DNA of 32,000 nucleotides from an uncultured Opitutales bacterium (GTDB lineage Bacteria; Verrucomicrobiota; Verrucomicrobiia; Opitutales; Intestinicryptomonadaceae): NCBI GenBank assembly GCA_934613415.1, contig CAKTSY010000002.1, positions 1 to 32,000 of the forward strand, read 5' to 3'. Shown piece by piece: positions 23,242 to 32,000 of this stretch (position 1 is its first letter; each line of letters starts with the position of its first letter). The notes under the pieces were generated by a model. It saw only the letters and a program-made list of their open reading frames with translations, ran no database searches and was not told where the DNA came from. The position numbers and the translations under genes were made by a program.

Positions 23242-24466
23242 TGCGCATCGCTTTCGAGGCTTTAAGGCGGGCGGCAACACAGGCGGGGATTATGCCCGCA
23301 AGTGTGCACAAGACAACCGCAAACGCCGAGGTTGAAATTATATCCGACATCTTGTAGGCAACGGGCAGCCTTGTAAGGAAATAGAATTCGCTAATGGTTT
23401 CGTTGCCCAAAGTAAAGTCTACAATTTGCTGTCTAAAATGCAAAATGCCGAAAGTTAACGCCAAGCCCAAAGCCGAGCCTAAAATACCTATAAAAAGCCC
23501 CTGCGCGCAATAGCACAAAACGGTTTGGTAGCTACGCGCGCCCATTGCCGCCATAAGCCCTATTTCGCGCGTTTTTCTTACAACCGAAGTGTAAAGCGAA
23601 ATGCAAATCGAAAACGACGCCACCAAAATAACCAGCATAATTATAAGCGACATCATTGTCTTTTCCATATAAATTACCCGTAAAAAGGCTTCGTTGTTGT
23701 CCATCCACGACTTTGCTTTAAGGCCCTCTTTGTCCAGCTCGCCGTTTAGCTTTTTTGCAAATTTTTTGCAGTCAAGCCCGTCTTTAATTTTTATTGAAAT
23801 GTTTTGCGCGCCGTTTGAATCGAAGTTGTATAATTCGCGCATTCTGCGCAGCGAAACAAGCCCTGTATTGGAATCTACCTGCGAAAAGCCCGTGTTAAGC
23901 AGCCCTACAACTTTCAGGCGCACGGGCATAGGCACTTCGTTGTCGTTTAGCTTGTCTATCATTGCAGGCGAATAAACCGCAACAAAATCTCCAACTGAAA
24001 TTCCCGCATTATACGCCATTCGCGAGCCCAAAATTACGCCGTCGTCGTCTAGGGCGTCTATGGTGTTGTACATAACAAAGTCGTTCTCTTTTATCGGCAA
24101 TGCGCAGTCTTTCGAAATTGTGTCGAAACTTCTGAATGCGGGGAACAGCGGCGAGTTTCTAAAAATCATCATAACGGGGCCTTGAACTACCTCTTCGGCT
24201 CGCAAAACGCCGTCTATTTTCGAGAGACGCTTTTTCAGCTCTTTTGTGTTGTGCAAATTTCTGCCTATGCGCGAAACTGAAATGTCGCCCGTAGTATCCT
24301 TTAGCTTTTGGCCAATTTGCTCGTGAAAGCCGTTCATTACGCTTTGCGTACCCAAAAGGGCAAGCACGCCAAGGGCTACTCCCAAAATCGAAACCGCGGC
24401 AAAAAACGATATTTTTTTGCTCGTGGGGAAAAGCTGTTTATAGGCTATGTACAACCACCAACTCAT
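23234..24466 (-). CDS. LolC/E-family (FtsX/MacB-type) ABC transporter permease
   Basis: N-terminal TM segment plus SVMNGFH, a periplasmic domain and a C-terminal FtsX-like 3-TM region (REIGLMAAMGA). I prefer the ATG at 24466 (MSWWLYIAYKQLF). The track's start at 24622 would overlap the divergent kinase gene. Confidence 0.75.
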   Translation of the reverse strand: MSWWLYIAYKQLFPTSKKISFFAAVSILGVALGVLALLGTQSVMNGFHEQIGQKLKDTTGDISVSRIGRNLHNTKELKKRLSKIDGVLRAEEVVQGPVMMIFRNSPLFPAFRSFDTISKDCALPIKENDFVMYNTIDALDDDGVILGSRMAYNAGISVGDFVAVYSPAMIDKLNDNEVPMPVRLKVVGLLNTGFSQVDSNTGLVSLRRMRELYNFDSNGAQNISIKIKDGLDCKKFAKKLNGELDKEGLKAKSWMDNNEAFLRVIYMEKTMMSLIIMLVILVASFSICISLYTSVVRKTREIGLMAAMGARSYQTVLCYCAQGLFIGILGSALGLALTFGILHFRQQIVDFTLGNETISEFYFLTRLPVAYKMSDIISTSAFAVVLCTLAGIIPACVAARLKASKAMRNE

Positions 24467-24572
24467 AGAGTTATAGCTTTGTTTGGCGTCGGATTTTTGC
24501 AAGTTCAAATTAGCAAAGGGGTGCGTTTTTTTCTTTCTAAAATCGAACAAATGCTTTAGCTTTTCAGCCAAT

Positions 24573-25484
24573 ATGGAAAAAAACGAAGTTTTGGTATTCG
24601 GTTCGGTTGCGTACGACTGCATTGAAACGGTCTACGCAAAAAGAGACTACATTTTGGGCGGGTCGGCGTCGTATGCGTCGCTGGCGTGTTCGTATTTTGC
24701 AGATACGCATATGGCGGGCGTTGTGGGCAAAGATTTTAAACAAAGCGACATACAACGCCTTAAAAACCGCAATATAGACCTTTCGGGCTTGCAGATAGAT
24801 AATTCGGGCGACACCTTTTTTTGGCGCGGCAAATATTTTGAAGACTTTAACAAGCGCGAAACTTTGGACGTTAAAATAAACGTGTTCGAGCACTACAAGC
24901 CCCAGCTTCCCGAAAGTCTTTCGACCTGCCAGTGCGTTATGCTTGGCAACATAAATCCCGAACACCAGCTTGCGGTGCTAGAAAAAATTAAAAGCCCCAA
25001 GTTTGTGCTAGTCGACACAATGGATTTGTGGATAAACATTGCAAAACAAGACCTTTTAAAGCTTATCCCGAAGGCCGACCTGTTTATTTTAAACGATTCG
25101 GAATCTGCCGAATTGACGGGCTGCGACAACATATTTAAGGCTGCCGACGAAATGAAAAAGTTGGGCGCAAAAAATATTCTTATAAAGAAGGGCGAACACG
25201 GTTCTGTGCTGTTCCACAAAGACGGAATGTTTATTGCCCCAGCCTATCCCGTATCGGAGTTGAGAGACCCTACGGGCGCGGGCGATTCGTATGCGGGGGC
25301 TTTAATCGGCAAAATGGCGGGCGACGACGACTTTTCGTTCAAGTCCATGAAAAACGCAATGCTATACGCCGCCGCCGTTGCTTCTCTTACTGTGGAAGAC
25401 TTTTCGTGCGACAAGCTCGAAAAATCGGGCTTTGCCGAAGTCGAAAAAAGAACTGAGTTTTTGCGCGAAATAACAACTGTGTAG
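24573..25484 (+). CDS. PfkB-family carbohydrate/nucleoside kinase
   Basis: Ribokinase-like fold motifs, including the C-terminal DPTGAGDSYAGALIG. I prefer the ATG at 24573 (MEKNEVLVFGSVAYD) over the upstream TTG at 24483. Confidence 0.8.
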   Translation: MEKNEVLVFGSVAYDCIETVYAKRDYILGGSASYASLACSYFADTHMAGVVGKDFKQSDIQRLKNRNIDLSGLQIDNSGDTFFWRGKYFEDFNKRETLDVKINVFEHYKPQLPESLSTCQCVMLGNINPEHQLAVLEKIKSPKFVLVDTMDLWINIAKQDLLKLIPKADLFILNDSESAELTGCDNIFKAADEMKKLGAKNILIKKGEHGSVLFHKDGMFIAPAYPVSELRDPTGAGDSYAGALIGKMAGDDDFSFKSMKNAMLYAAAVASLTVEDFSCDKLEKSGFAEVEKRTEFLREITTV

Positions 25485-25493
25485 GAGTTTGCC

Positions 25494-26762
25494 ATGGAAA
25501 ATATCGAAAAGACCGTAAAGGATATGGCTTTGGCTGCCAGAAAGGCGGCGTTAGACATTGCAAACTTGTCGGCCGAAAAGAAGAATGCGGCATTGCTTTG
25601 CATTGCAAAACACCTAAGGCAAAATACGTCCGAAATTTTAAAAGCAAACACCCAAGATGTTGAAGCCGCAAAGCAAAACGGGCTAAGCCGCGCCATGGTA
25701 GACAGACTAACCCTTAGCGAAAAGCTTGTAAATTCCATTGCCGAGGGCGTAGAGCAGGTTGCAAGTTTGGAAAATCCGACGGGCAGAATTTTGTCGGAAA
25801 CAAAAAGGCCGAACGGCTTGGTTATTAAAAAAGTGTCGGTTCCGATAGGCGTTATAGGCATAATATACGAAAGCCGCCCAAACGTTACGGTCGACTGTGC
25901 GGTGTTGTGCCTTAAAAGTTCTAACGCCTGCATTTTAAGGGGCGGCAAAGAGGCGTTTTTGTCGAACCAGATTTTGGCAAAGTGCATAAGAGACGCTTTG
26001 GAAGAAACAGGCGTTTGCCCAAATGCCGTGCAGTTTATACCCACTGCCGACAGAGCCGCCTTAAACACACTTTTAAAGCTCGATTCGCAAATACAGTGCA
26101 TAATTCCCCGCGGCGGCGAAAAGCTGATTCGCTTTGTTTGCGAAAATTCCACAATACCCGTAATTAAGCACTATAAGGGCGTTTGCAATTTGTATATAGA
26201 AAAATCTGCAAATTTAAAGATGGCAAAAGACATTGCAGTTAACGCTAAGTGTCAAAGACCAAGTGCCTGCAACGCCGCCGAAAATCTTTTGGTAGACAGT
26301 GCTATAGCCGAAAGCTTTTTGCCCGAAATATGCAAGGCGTTAAAGGAAAAGAATGTTGAAATCAGGGCAATGGGCTTGGCGTTGGAAATTCTGCAAAAGG
26401 CGGCAATACCCGCAAAAGAGGCTACCGAAGACGATTTTTACACGGAATATACCGACTATATAATTTCGGTTGCCGTTGTAGACGGGGTAAAAGACGCCTG
26501 CCACTTTATAAACGCGCATAGCTCTGGGCATAGCGACGCTATTGTAAGCGAAAATGCCAAGGCGGCGGAAGACTTCTTAAACAATATAGATTCTGCCTGC
26601 GTATATTGGAATGCTTCTACCAGATTTACCGACGGCTACGAATTCGGTTTGGGCGCCGAAATAGGCATTAGCACCGACAGGCTGCACGCGCGCGGGCCAA
26701 TGGGGCTTAACGAATTGTGCTCGTATAAATACAAGATTTTCGGAACTGGGCAAACAAGGTAA
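25494..26762 (+). CDS. proA: Gamma-glutamyl phosphate reductase
   Basis: 422-aa ORF, typical ProA over its full length: IGVIGIIYESRPNVT, CNAAENLLV and a C-terminal STRFTDGYEFGLGAEIGISTDRLHARGPMGL. Confidence 0.92.
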   Translation: MENIEKTVKDMALAARKAALDIANLSAEKKNAALLCIAKHLRQNTSEILKANTQDVEAAKQNGLSRAMVDRLTLSEKLVNSIAEGVEQVASLENPTGRILSETKRPNGLVIKKVSVPIGVIGIIYESRPNVTVDCAVLCLKSSNACILRGGKEAFLSNQILAKCIRDALEETGVCPNAVQFIPTADRAALNTLLKLDSQIQCIIPRGGEKLIRFVCENSTIPVIKHYKGVCNLYIEKSANLKMAKDIAVNAKCQRPSACNAAENLLVDSAIAESFLPEICKALKEKNVEIRAMGLALEILQKAAIPAKEATEDDFYTEYTDYIISVAVVDGVKDACHFINAHSSGHSDAIVSENAKAAEDFLNNIDSACVYWNASTRFTDGYEFGLGAEIGISTDRLHARGPMGLNELCSYKYKIFGTGQTR

Positions 26763-26778
26763 TAATCCTTAAAAAACA

Positions 26779-26814
26779 AAATCCGCAATCGAAATGCTCG
26801 GTTGCGGATTTTTG
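26779..26814. terminator. Bidirectional rho-independent terminator between convergent proA and rhamnulokinase
   Basis: aaaatccgcaatcga / aatgc / tcggttgcggatttt: a 15-bp stem with one G-T pair. It is flanked by T-runs on both strands. Confidence 0.8.
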
Positions 26815-26836
26815 CTTATGTTTTTTGCAAGGCTTT

Positions 26837-28312
26837 TTAGCTTAGCTTTAATTGTTTTTTATATTCAATATACGCTTTTGCAAAATCCTGCGCGTTTTGC
26901 GGCTTGTAAAGCTTGGGCTTTACCGATGCCGAAATTATGGCGCGCGCGCCTTTAAGGTCTTTTACGGATTTATCGGCAATCATTTGCGCCGCCACGTTGC
27001 CAAGAGATGTCGCTTCGGCAGGACCCGCCAAAACCTGCATATTAAGGGCGTTTGCGGTAAATTGGCACAGCAAATCGTCTTTGCTGCCGCCGCCAATAAT
27101 GTGCAAAGTGCTGGGCTTTGTGTTTGAAAGCTTGCTTAGCTTTTCGAACACATACGCATATTTAAGCGAAAGCGAATCGTATATGCACCTTAAAATTTCG
27201 CCCTTATCTTTGGGAGCTTTCTTATAGCGTTTCTTTATCGCGTCGGAAATCTTTTTGGGCATATCGCACGGCATTGCAAATTCTGCAGCGTCGGGGTCTA
27301 TAAAGTATTTGAAGGGCGTAGAATTTTTTGCGAGGCGCAGCATGTCTTCGTAGCCGATTTTTTCGCCCGCTTGCGTCCACGCGCGCTTGCATTCCTGCAT
27401 AAGCCAAAGTCCGCAAATATTTTTCGAAAATCTTACGGTTTTGCATAGGCCAAGCTCGTTTGTAAACGAATATTTGTAGGCGTCGGCATTTATAACTGCC
27501 TTGTTAAGCTCTATGCCCATAATAGACCAAGTGCCGCTGCTAAGCCAAAAGGGAGATTTTTCGGCGCTGGGAACTGCGGCTACCGCAGACCCCGTGTCGT
27601 GTCCCGCCACGCATATAACATTGGGGTTGCTTGCCATATTGGCCGAAAGACTTTTTCTTATCTTGCCCAAATTTTGGGGGGCTGCCACCGCCTTTTTAAA
27701 CAGGCTTTTTTTGAAGCCCAATTTGGAGATTATAGAGTTTGCCCAGCAGTGTTTTGCCGTATTGTAAAGTTGCGAAGTGCTTGCAATGCTTTCTTCTATA
27801 ACTTTTTTGCCCGTTAGCGCATACGACAAATAGTCGGGTATAAACAAGAGGCTGTCGGCGTTTTTAAGCAGTTCTTTGGAATTCTTAAAATGCGCAAAAA
27901 GCTGGTAAACGCTGTTAAAGAAAAGGAACTGTATGCCCGTATTGTTGTAGAGGTTTTCTTTGCCCGTTTTGGCAAAAACCTTTTCCATACAGCCCGAAGT
28001 CCTTGCGTCTCTATAGATGAACGGCAATCCCAAAAGCTGTCCGTTTTTGTCTATCAAAGCGTAGTCTACACCCCAAGTGTCGATACCCACCGAAACAATC
28101 TTCTTGCCGTATTTGCGGTCGGCGGCGTAAATGCCGTCGTACATATTTTTGCAAAGGTTTGTAATGTTCCAGTGCAGGCCGTCGGGCATATCAACGGGCG
28201 AATTGTCGAAGCGCGAAATCTCGTCTAAAACAATTTTTTTGCCGTCGAACACCGCCGCCATAACGCGGCCGCTGCCGGCTCCTAAATCTACCGCCAGATA
28301 AACTTTTTCCAT
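26837..28312 (-). CDS. rhaB: Rhamnulokinase (FGGY family)
   Basis: 491-aa ORF. It parallels E. coli RhaB closely as I remember it: AVDLGAGSGRVM, IDTWGVDYALID, YRDART, GIQFLFFNS, SSGTWS and HIIGGGS. Confidence 0.85.
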   Translation of the reverse strand: MEKVYLAVDLGAGSGRVMAAVFDGKKIVLDEISRFDNSPVDMPDGLHWNITNLCKNMYDGIYAADRKYGKKIVSVGIDTWGVDYALIDKNGQLLGLPFIYRDARTSGCMEKVFAKTGKENLYNNTGIQFLFFNSVYQLFAHFKNSKELLKNADSLLFIPDYLSYALTGKKVIEESIASTSQLYNTAKHCWANSIISKLGFKKSLFKKAVAAPQNLGKIRKSLSANMASNPNVICVAGHDTGSAVAAVPSAEKSPFWLSSGTWSIMGIELNKAVINADAYKYSFTNELGLCKTVRFSKNICGLWLMQECKRAWTQAGEKIGYEDMLRLAKNSTPFKYFIDPDAAEFAMPCDMPKKISDAIKKRYKKAPKDKGEILRCIYDSLSLKYAYVFEKLSKLSNTKPSTLHIIGGGSKDDLLCQFTANALNMQVLAGPAEATSLGNVAAQMIADKSVKDLKGARAIISASVKPKLYKPQNAQDFAKAYIEYKKQLKLS

Positions 28313-28316
28313 AGAC

Positions 28317-29180
28317 TTATTTCTTTAATTTTTTAACTACTTTGTCGGCGATTTTTTCGATTAAATCGTCCCACGAGAAACTGTATTCGTGCGAAAGGTC
28401 CACTTTTGGAACGGGGCATCCCAAAGCCGTTCTAATAGTGTCTAAGTCTTTGCGCTGAACCTTGTTAACATGCATGGGGCCTTTGCCGATAAACATCGAC
28501 AAATACGCGCATTGGCTTAGGGCTTCTATGTTTTCCATTTTCCAGTAGGCAACTTCTATGTCTTTTGCCCAGGTTATAACGCCGTGGTTAAGCATAAAAA
28601 TGCAGTCGTGCTCTTTGCTTTGCGCGCCTATTGCCTCCGAAACTTCCTTTGTTCCTGGGGTTTTATATTCCGCCAATCCAATTTGCCCTACAAAAATTTC
28701 GGCTTCGGGGTTTATGAATCTGGCGGGGGTTCGGCCCGCAAGCGCAAAAGCCGTAGCATATGGCGGGTGCGCGTGGCAGCAAGCCTTTGCTTTGGGCTGG
28801 GTTTTCATAATTGCCAAGTGCGCCAAAATTTCGCTTGTTCGCTTTCTTGTGCCGCAAAGCTGGTTGCCGTCTAAGTCTACAAGGCAAAGGTCTTCGGGCT
28901 TCATCGAGCCTTTGCTTATCATTGTAGGCGTGCAAAGCACTAGGTTAGAACCCACTCTAACCGACATATTGCCGCCGTTGCCGTCGTTGTAGTGGCGCGA
29001 GTAGCAGCGTCTGCCCAAGTCGCAAATAAGTTCCTTTAATTTATTGATTTTCGGCGAGTTGAAAAACTTGTCTAAATCCTTCCATGCCGCCTTTTCGCTT
29101 TTTTCGTCCCAGAAAAATTCCGAGCTTTTAATGATAAATTCTTTCTGCTTTTTTGCAGATTTCTTTGTAGTGCTTTTCAT
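28317..29180 (-). CDS. Class II aldolase/adducin-family protein (rhamnulose-/fuculose-1-phosphate aldolase type)
   Basis: 287-aa ORF with GNGGNMSVR, the metal-binding region CCHAHPPYATAF and NHGVITW. It starts 4 nt after rhaB ends, in the same orientation. It has basic N- and C-terminal extensions. Confidence 0.75.
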   Translation of the reverse strand: MKSTTKKSAKKQKEFIIKSSEFFWDEKSEKAAWKDLDKFFNSPKINKLKELICDLGRRCYSRHYNDGNGGNMSVRVGSNLVLCTPTMISKGSMKPEDLCLVDLDGNQLCGTRKRTSEILAHLAIMKTQPKAKACCHAHPPYATAFALAGRTPARFINPEAEIFVGQIGLAEYKTPGTKEVSEAIGAQSKEHDCIFMLNHGVITWAKDIEVAYWKMENIEALSQCAYLSMFIGKGPMHVNKVQRKDLDTIRTALGCPVPKVDLSHEYSFSWDDLIEKIADKVVKKLKK

Positions 29181-29310
29181 AATCTAAAAAATATACCTAA
29201 AATTAGACAATTTATTTTGTTCGCAATCAACAAAAAACCAAAAAATCAAAAAACTTCAAGCAAAAAATCGGGGCGGGCGTGCTTTTAAGATGTTATAAAT
29301 CTTGACTATA

Positions 29311-29323
29311 CGCAATATTTGCG
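29311..29323. promoter_or_regulatory. 13-bp palindrome cgcaatatttgcg in the divergent aldolase/DeoR intergenic region; possible DeoR operator
   Basis: CGCAA-TAT-TTGCG is a perfect inverted repeat. It lies 14 nt upstream of the DeoR ATG, just downstream of a TTGACT hexamer at 29302-29307. Confidence 0.3.
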
Positions 29324-29336
29324 CGATTTTTAGCTT

Positions 29337-30089
29337 ATGTTAGCAAGGCAAAGACACAGAATAATTTTGAATATGCTTTCGAGTCAGGCAAGCCTTAGAA
29401 CTATCGAGCTTGCCAAATATTTCGAAGTTACCGACGAAACCATTCGCCGCGATTTAGAGCAGTTAGACGAAGAAAAAAAGCTTATCCGCACCCACGGCGG
29501 CTGCATAAGAATAGAAAAGGGCACGGGCAACTTGCCCCTTAACAAACGCCTGCTGCAAAACCACAACCTTAAGTGCGAGATTGCCAAAAAGGCTCTCGAA
29601 ATGATTAAGGAAAACGATACCCTTTTGTTCGACGCAAGTTCTACCGCCCTTGTTTTGGCGGAAATGCTGCCCGATATTAGGCTTACGGTTATAACCAACG
29701 CGCACGATATTGTTTTGGCGGTTATGGACAAAACCAACATTACCGTTATTTTAACCGGCGGCAGGCTAGACCGCGAAAGCCACAGCTTTGGAGGCTTTGC
29801 TTCGTGGCAGGCGGTTAAACGCTATTCGGTAGACTTGTTTTTCTTCTCGTGCAACGGCGTAGACATAGACAGGGGCGCAAGCGAAGCCGCCGAAATGCAC
29901 GCCGAATTTAAGGAAAATGTGCTGCCGTTTTGCTCTAAAAAAGTTTTGCTTTGCGACTCTTCGAAGCTTAACGCGCGCTCGATAAGCTATTTTGCTCCGC
30001 TAGATAAAATAGACGTTCTCGTTACCGATTCGGCGGCAAGCCCCGAAGCTTTGCAGCCTTTCGAATCGGCCGGGGTTAAGGTTGTTTAA
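29337..30089 (+). CDS. DeoR-family transcriptional regulator
   Basis: 250-aa ORF with an N-terminal DeoR HTH (RHRIILNMLSSQASLRTIELAKYFEVTDETIRRDLEQL) and a C-terminal sugar-phosphate-binding DeoR_C region. Confidence 0.88.
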   Translation: MLARQRHRIILNMLSSQASLRTIELAKYFEVTDETIRRDLEQLDEEKKLIRTHGGCIRIEKGTGNLPLNKRLLQNHNLKCEIAKKALEMIKENDTLLFDASSTALVLAEMLPDIRLTVITNAHDIVLAVMDKTNITVILTGGRLDRESHSFGGFASWQAVKRYSVDLFFFSCNGVDIDRGASEAAEMHAEFKENVLPFCSKKVLLCDSSKLNARSISYFAPLDKIDVLVTDSAASPEALQPFESAGVKVV

Positions 30090-30106
30090 CAAATTTTGCA
30101 TATAAT

Positions 30107-30146
30107 AAAAACGGCTTTGGGCGAAAATTTCCAAAGCCGTTTTTTT
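30107..30146. terminator. Bidirectional rho-independent terminator between convergent DeoR gene and sppA
   Basis: aaaaacggctttgg / gcgaaaattt / ccaaagccgtttttt: a 10-bp GC-containing stem flanked by an A-run and a T-run. Confidence 0.8.
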
Positions 30147-30164
30147 GCGCAAAATACGTTTGGG

Positions 30165-31910
30165 CTATTTTAAATTTCCAAGCTTATAGGGCGTGTATAG
30201 CAAAATGCCCTCGCTTGGGGTTAGCCCCTTTATTTGCCTTAGGGCATTTGCCTTTTTTTGCTCTAGAGATTCCGGGCGCGACGCCTTTAAAAATGTGCTT
30301 GTAGCTTCGCCGAAAAAGGCGTCTAAAAACTCTTCCAACGACGGTCTTTTGGGGAACACCTCTATTTGGCAGGGTTCGTCTTGCGCTTGCATTACAAGTT
30401 CCATCGTATCCGAAAGCGTCATATTGTAGGCGTCTATCAATTTTAAATCCTTTGCCTTTTGCGCTGTCCAAACTTCGCCGGTTGCCAAGTTTTTGGCTGT
30501 AGCTTTGTCTATTTTGCGCGAATCGGCAACAAGGTTAATAAACTTGTCGTACACAAAATCAATTCTGCTTTGTATTATGGCATTTTCCTCGGGCGTGCTT
30601 TGCCTAAAGGGGCTTAGCATATCGGCAAATTTGCCGCTTTTTGCCGTGTCGAAATTCACTCCGTAGCTGTCGGCCAATTTTTCTACGCCGAAGTTTATTG
30701 AAAATACGCCTATAGAGCCTATAAGGCTTTGCTCTTGCGCAAAAATTTTGTGCGCTGCCGACGCAATCCAATACGCCCCGCTTGCGCACATAGACGAAAC
30801 CGAAACAAACACGGGCTTTTTTTGCGCCAGATTTTGCAAAGACCTGCGTATTTGCTCGCTTGCCTGCGCCGATCCGCCGCCGCTGTTTATGCGCACTACC
30901 ACACTAGAAATTGTGTCGTCGTCGGCAATTTCGTCGAAAATAGCCGAATAAAATTTTGCCGAAATTACACTTTCTTCGCCGAAAATATCGGAGGGGTCGC
31001 TCTCCATAACAATGTTGCCAGACATATAAACAAGAGCCGTTTTGTTGAGCGAAAACGCGCTTATATCATCGTTGGTTTTTGCATATTTTTCTATGGGAAC
31101 TTCGTCTATTGTATCGTCTTTAAAAAGCGTTTTTTTGATTTTTGCTTTGTCGGCAATTTTGTCTACAAGGCGAATTTCCATAGCCTCTTTTGCGCCGAAA
31201 ACGGGGGTGCTTTGCGTGGCGTTTTCAAGCTTTTGCGCGTCTATTTTCCTTGCGGCGCAAACGGCATTTAGCACGTTTTGCCAAAGGCTTTTGGCTATGT
31301 TTGTAAGCTGTGCTTTAGCTTCGGGCGAAAAGCCGCTTTTTGTAAACATATCGCCAAAATCCTTATATTTGCCGCACTTTACAACGTTTGCCGAAATGCC
31401 GTATTTTTTGAATGCATTTCCGAAAAACACGCCTTCGAACGCCAGCCCCGAAAGGTCTATCTCGCCCATTTCGTCCATAAAAATTTCGTCGGCCGCGCTA
31501 AAAACATAGTATGCTTTTTTGTCGGCGTAGTCGGCCACAGCATATACTTTTTTGCCGCATTCCCTAAAGCTTAAAAGGGCGTTCCTTATTTCGCACGCCT
31601 GCGCAAGCGACATTTGCGTGGTGCTGTCGCAGTAAATCAAAATTGCCGAAACCGAGTTGTCGCAGGCTGCCTTTGCAATGGCGTTGGCAATTTCCCTTTC
31701 GTTTAGCTTGCCGTATTTGTTTTCGCCGCCGAACACCGAGTTTGCCGAAAACGGAAGGTCTTGCACGGGCATTGCAATGTTTAGCGAAACAATGTTTTCG
31801 CCTTTGGTGTCTTGTAGATATTTTGCCGCCCATACGCCCAGCGTTAAAAACGCAAAAAACGCCAAGGTTAAAACTAGGCACGAAGTGCACCCGAATTTTA
31901 TAAATTTCAT
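30165..31910 (-). CDS. sppA: Signal peptide peptidase SppA, 67K (two-domain) type
   Basis: 581-aa ORF with an N-terminal membrane anchor and duplicated ClpP/crotonase-like domains. The second domain carries INSGGGSAQASEQI and MCASGAYWIASAA. Confidence 0.88.
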   Translation of the reverse strand: MKFIKFGCTSCLVLTLAFFAFLTLGVWAAKYLQDTKGENIVSLNIAMPVQDLPFSANSVFGGENKYGKLNEREIANAIAKAACDNSVSAILIYCDSTTQMSLAQACEIRNALLSFRECGKKVYAVADYADKKAYYVFSAADEIFMDEMGEIDLSGLAFEGVFFGNAFKKYGISANVVKCGKYKDFGDMFTKSGFSPEAKAQLTNIAKSLWQNVLNAVCAARKIDAQKLENATQSTPVFGAKEAMEIRLVDKIADKAKIKKTLFKDDTIDEVPIEKYAKTNDDISAFSLNKTALVYMSGNIVMESDPSDIFGEESVISAKFYSAIFDEIADDDTISSVVVRINSGGGSAQASEQIRRSLQNLAQKKPVFVSVSSMCASGAYWIASAAHKIFAQEQSLIGSIGVFSINFGVEKLADSYGVNFDTAKSGKFADMLSPFRQSTPEENAIIQSRIDFVYDKFINLVADSRKIDKATAKNLATGEVWTAQKAKDLKLIDAYNMTLSDTMELVMQAQDEPCQIEVFPKRPSLEEFLDAFFGEATSTFLKASRPESLEQKKANALRQIKGLTPSEGILLYTPYKLGNLK

Positions 31911-32000
31911 TTTGTGGATTTAATTAATTGGTTTTTCGCCTAAACTCGAATTTTCTTACCTTAGGTTCGAAAGGTTTTATTTTTGCCTCTAGCCTTAAGA

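Noticed and set aside
22558-24466. The overlapping stop/start junctions along lolC/E-lolD-ligA-mutL (8, 8 and 4 nt) might be unusual.
   Set aside because: ATGA- and ATGAATAG-type overlaps are routine translational coupling in compact operons. The gene combination is housekeeping, and I see nothing novel here.
24467-24622. The ORF track shows an upstream ATG at 24622 for the Lol permease and an upstream TTG at 24483 for the PfkB kinase. Using these starts would make the two divergent genes overlap by ~140 nt.
   Set aside because: The extensions (MQSYATEPNTK... and MASDFCKFKL...) lack family similarity. The internal ATGs at 24466 and 24573 give canonical N-termini and leave a 106-bp divergent promoter region.
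31924-32000. A possible 3' end of a minus-strand CDS runs off the right edge (..LRLEAKIKPFEPKVRKFEFRRKTN*, stop at 31924-31926).
   Set aside because: Only 25 codons are visible and there is no recognisable motif. This cannot be supported as a feature from this window alone.

Overview
Chromosomal window from a diderm bacterium, judged from the PEP-CTERM anchors, an outer-membrane porin and Lol genes. GC is moderate and the intergenic regions are AT-rich. I recognised no rRNA, tRNA, CRISPR array or transposase.

The left ~17 kb is an accessory cell-surface and glycan locus:
- A tightly packed minus-strand operon (11197 -> 529). It encodes a cytoplasmic protein with a TIR-like (COG4271-type) domain and a 1,889-aa secreted pentapeptide-repeat protein with a C-terminal PEP-CTERM anchor. 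It also encodes three glycosyltransferases (GT25, GT11 alpha-1,2-fucosyltransferase, a GT25+GT32-like fusion) and a frameshifted, truncated sugar nucleotidyltransferase.
- A divergently oriented tyrosine recombinase.
- A GH28-like beta-helix glycosidase paired with an OprO/P-like porin.
- A 471-aa paralogue of the giant protein.

The right ~15 kb is housekeeping and catabolic: lysS, mutL, ligA, lolD, a LolC/E-type permease, a PfkB kinase, proA, rhamnulokinase, a class II aldolase, a DeoR regulator and sppA.

The observation I rate highest concerns the two PEP-CTERM pentapeptide-repeat genes. Each is preceded by a ~140-160-bp AT-rich segment bracketed by related, oppositely oriented near-palindromes (GTATTT-N-AAATAC type). 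Each segment contains a promoter-like element facing the gene. The only recombinase gene in the window directly abuts one of these segments. Together this looks like a candidate two-locus invertible-promoter (phase-variation) system for a giant, possibly glycosylated surface protein. This is a hypothesis from sequence inspection only; no searches or computations were run.
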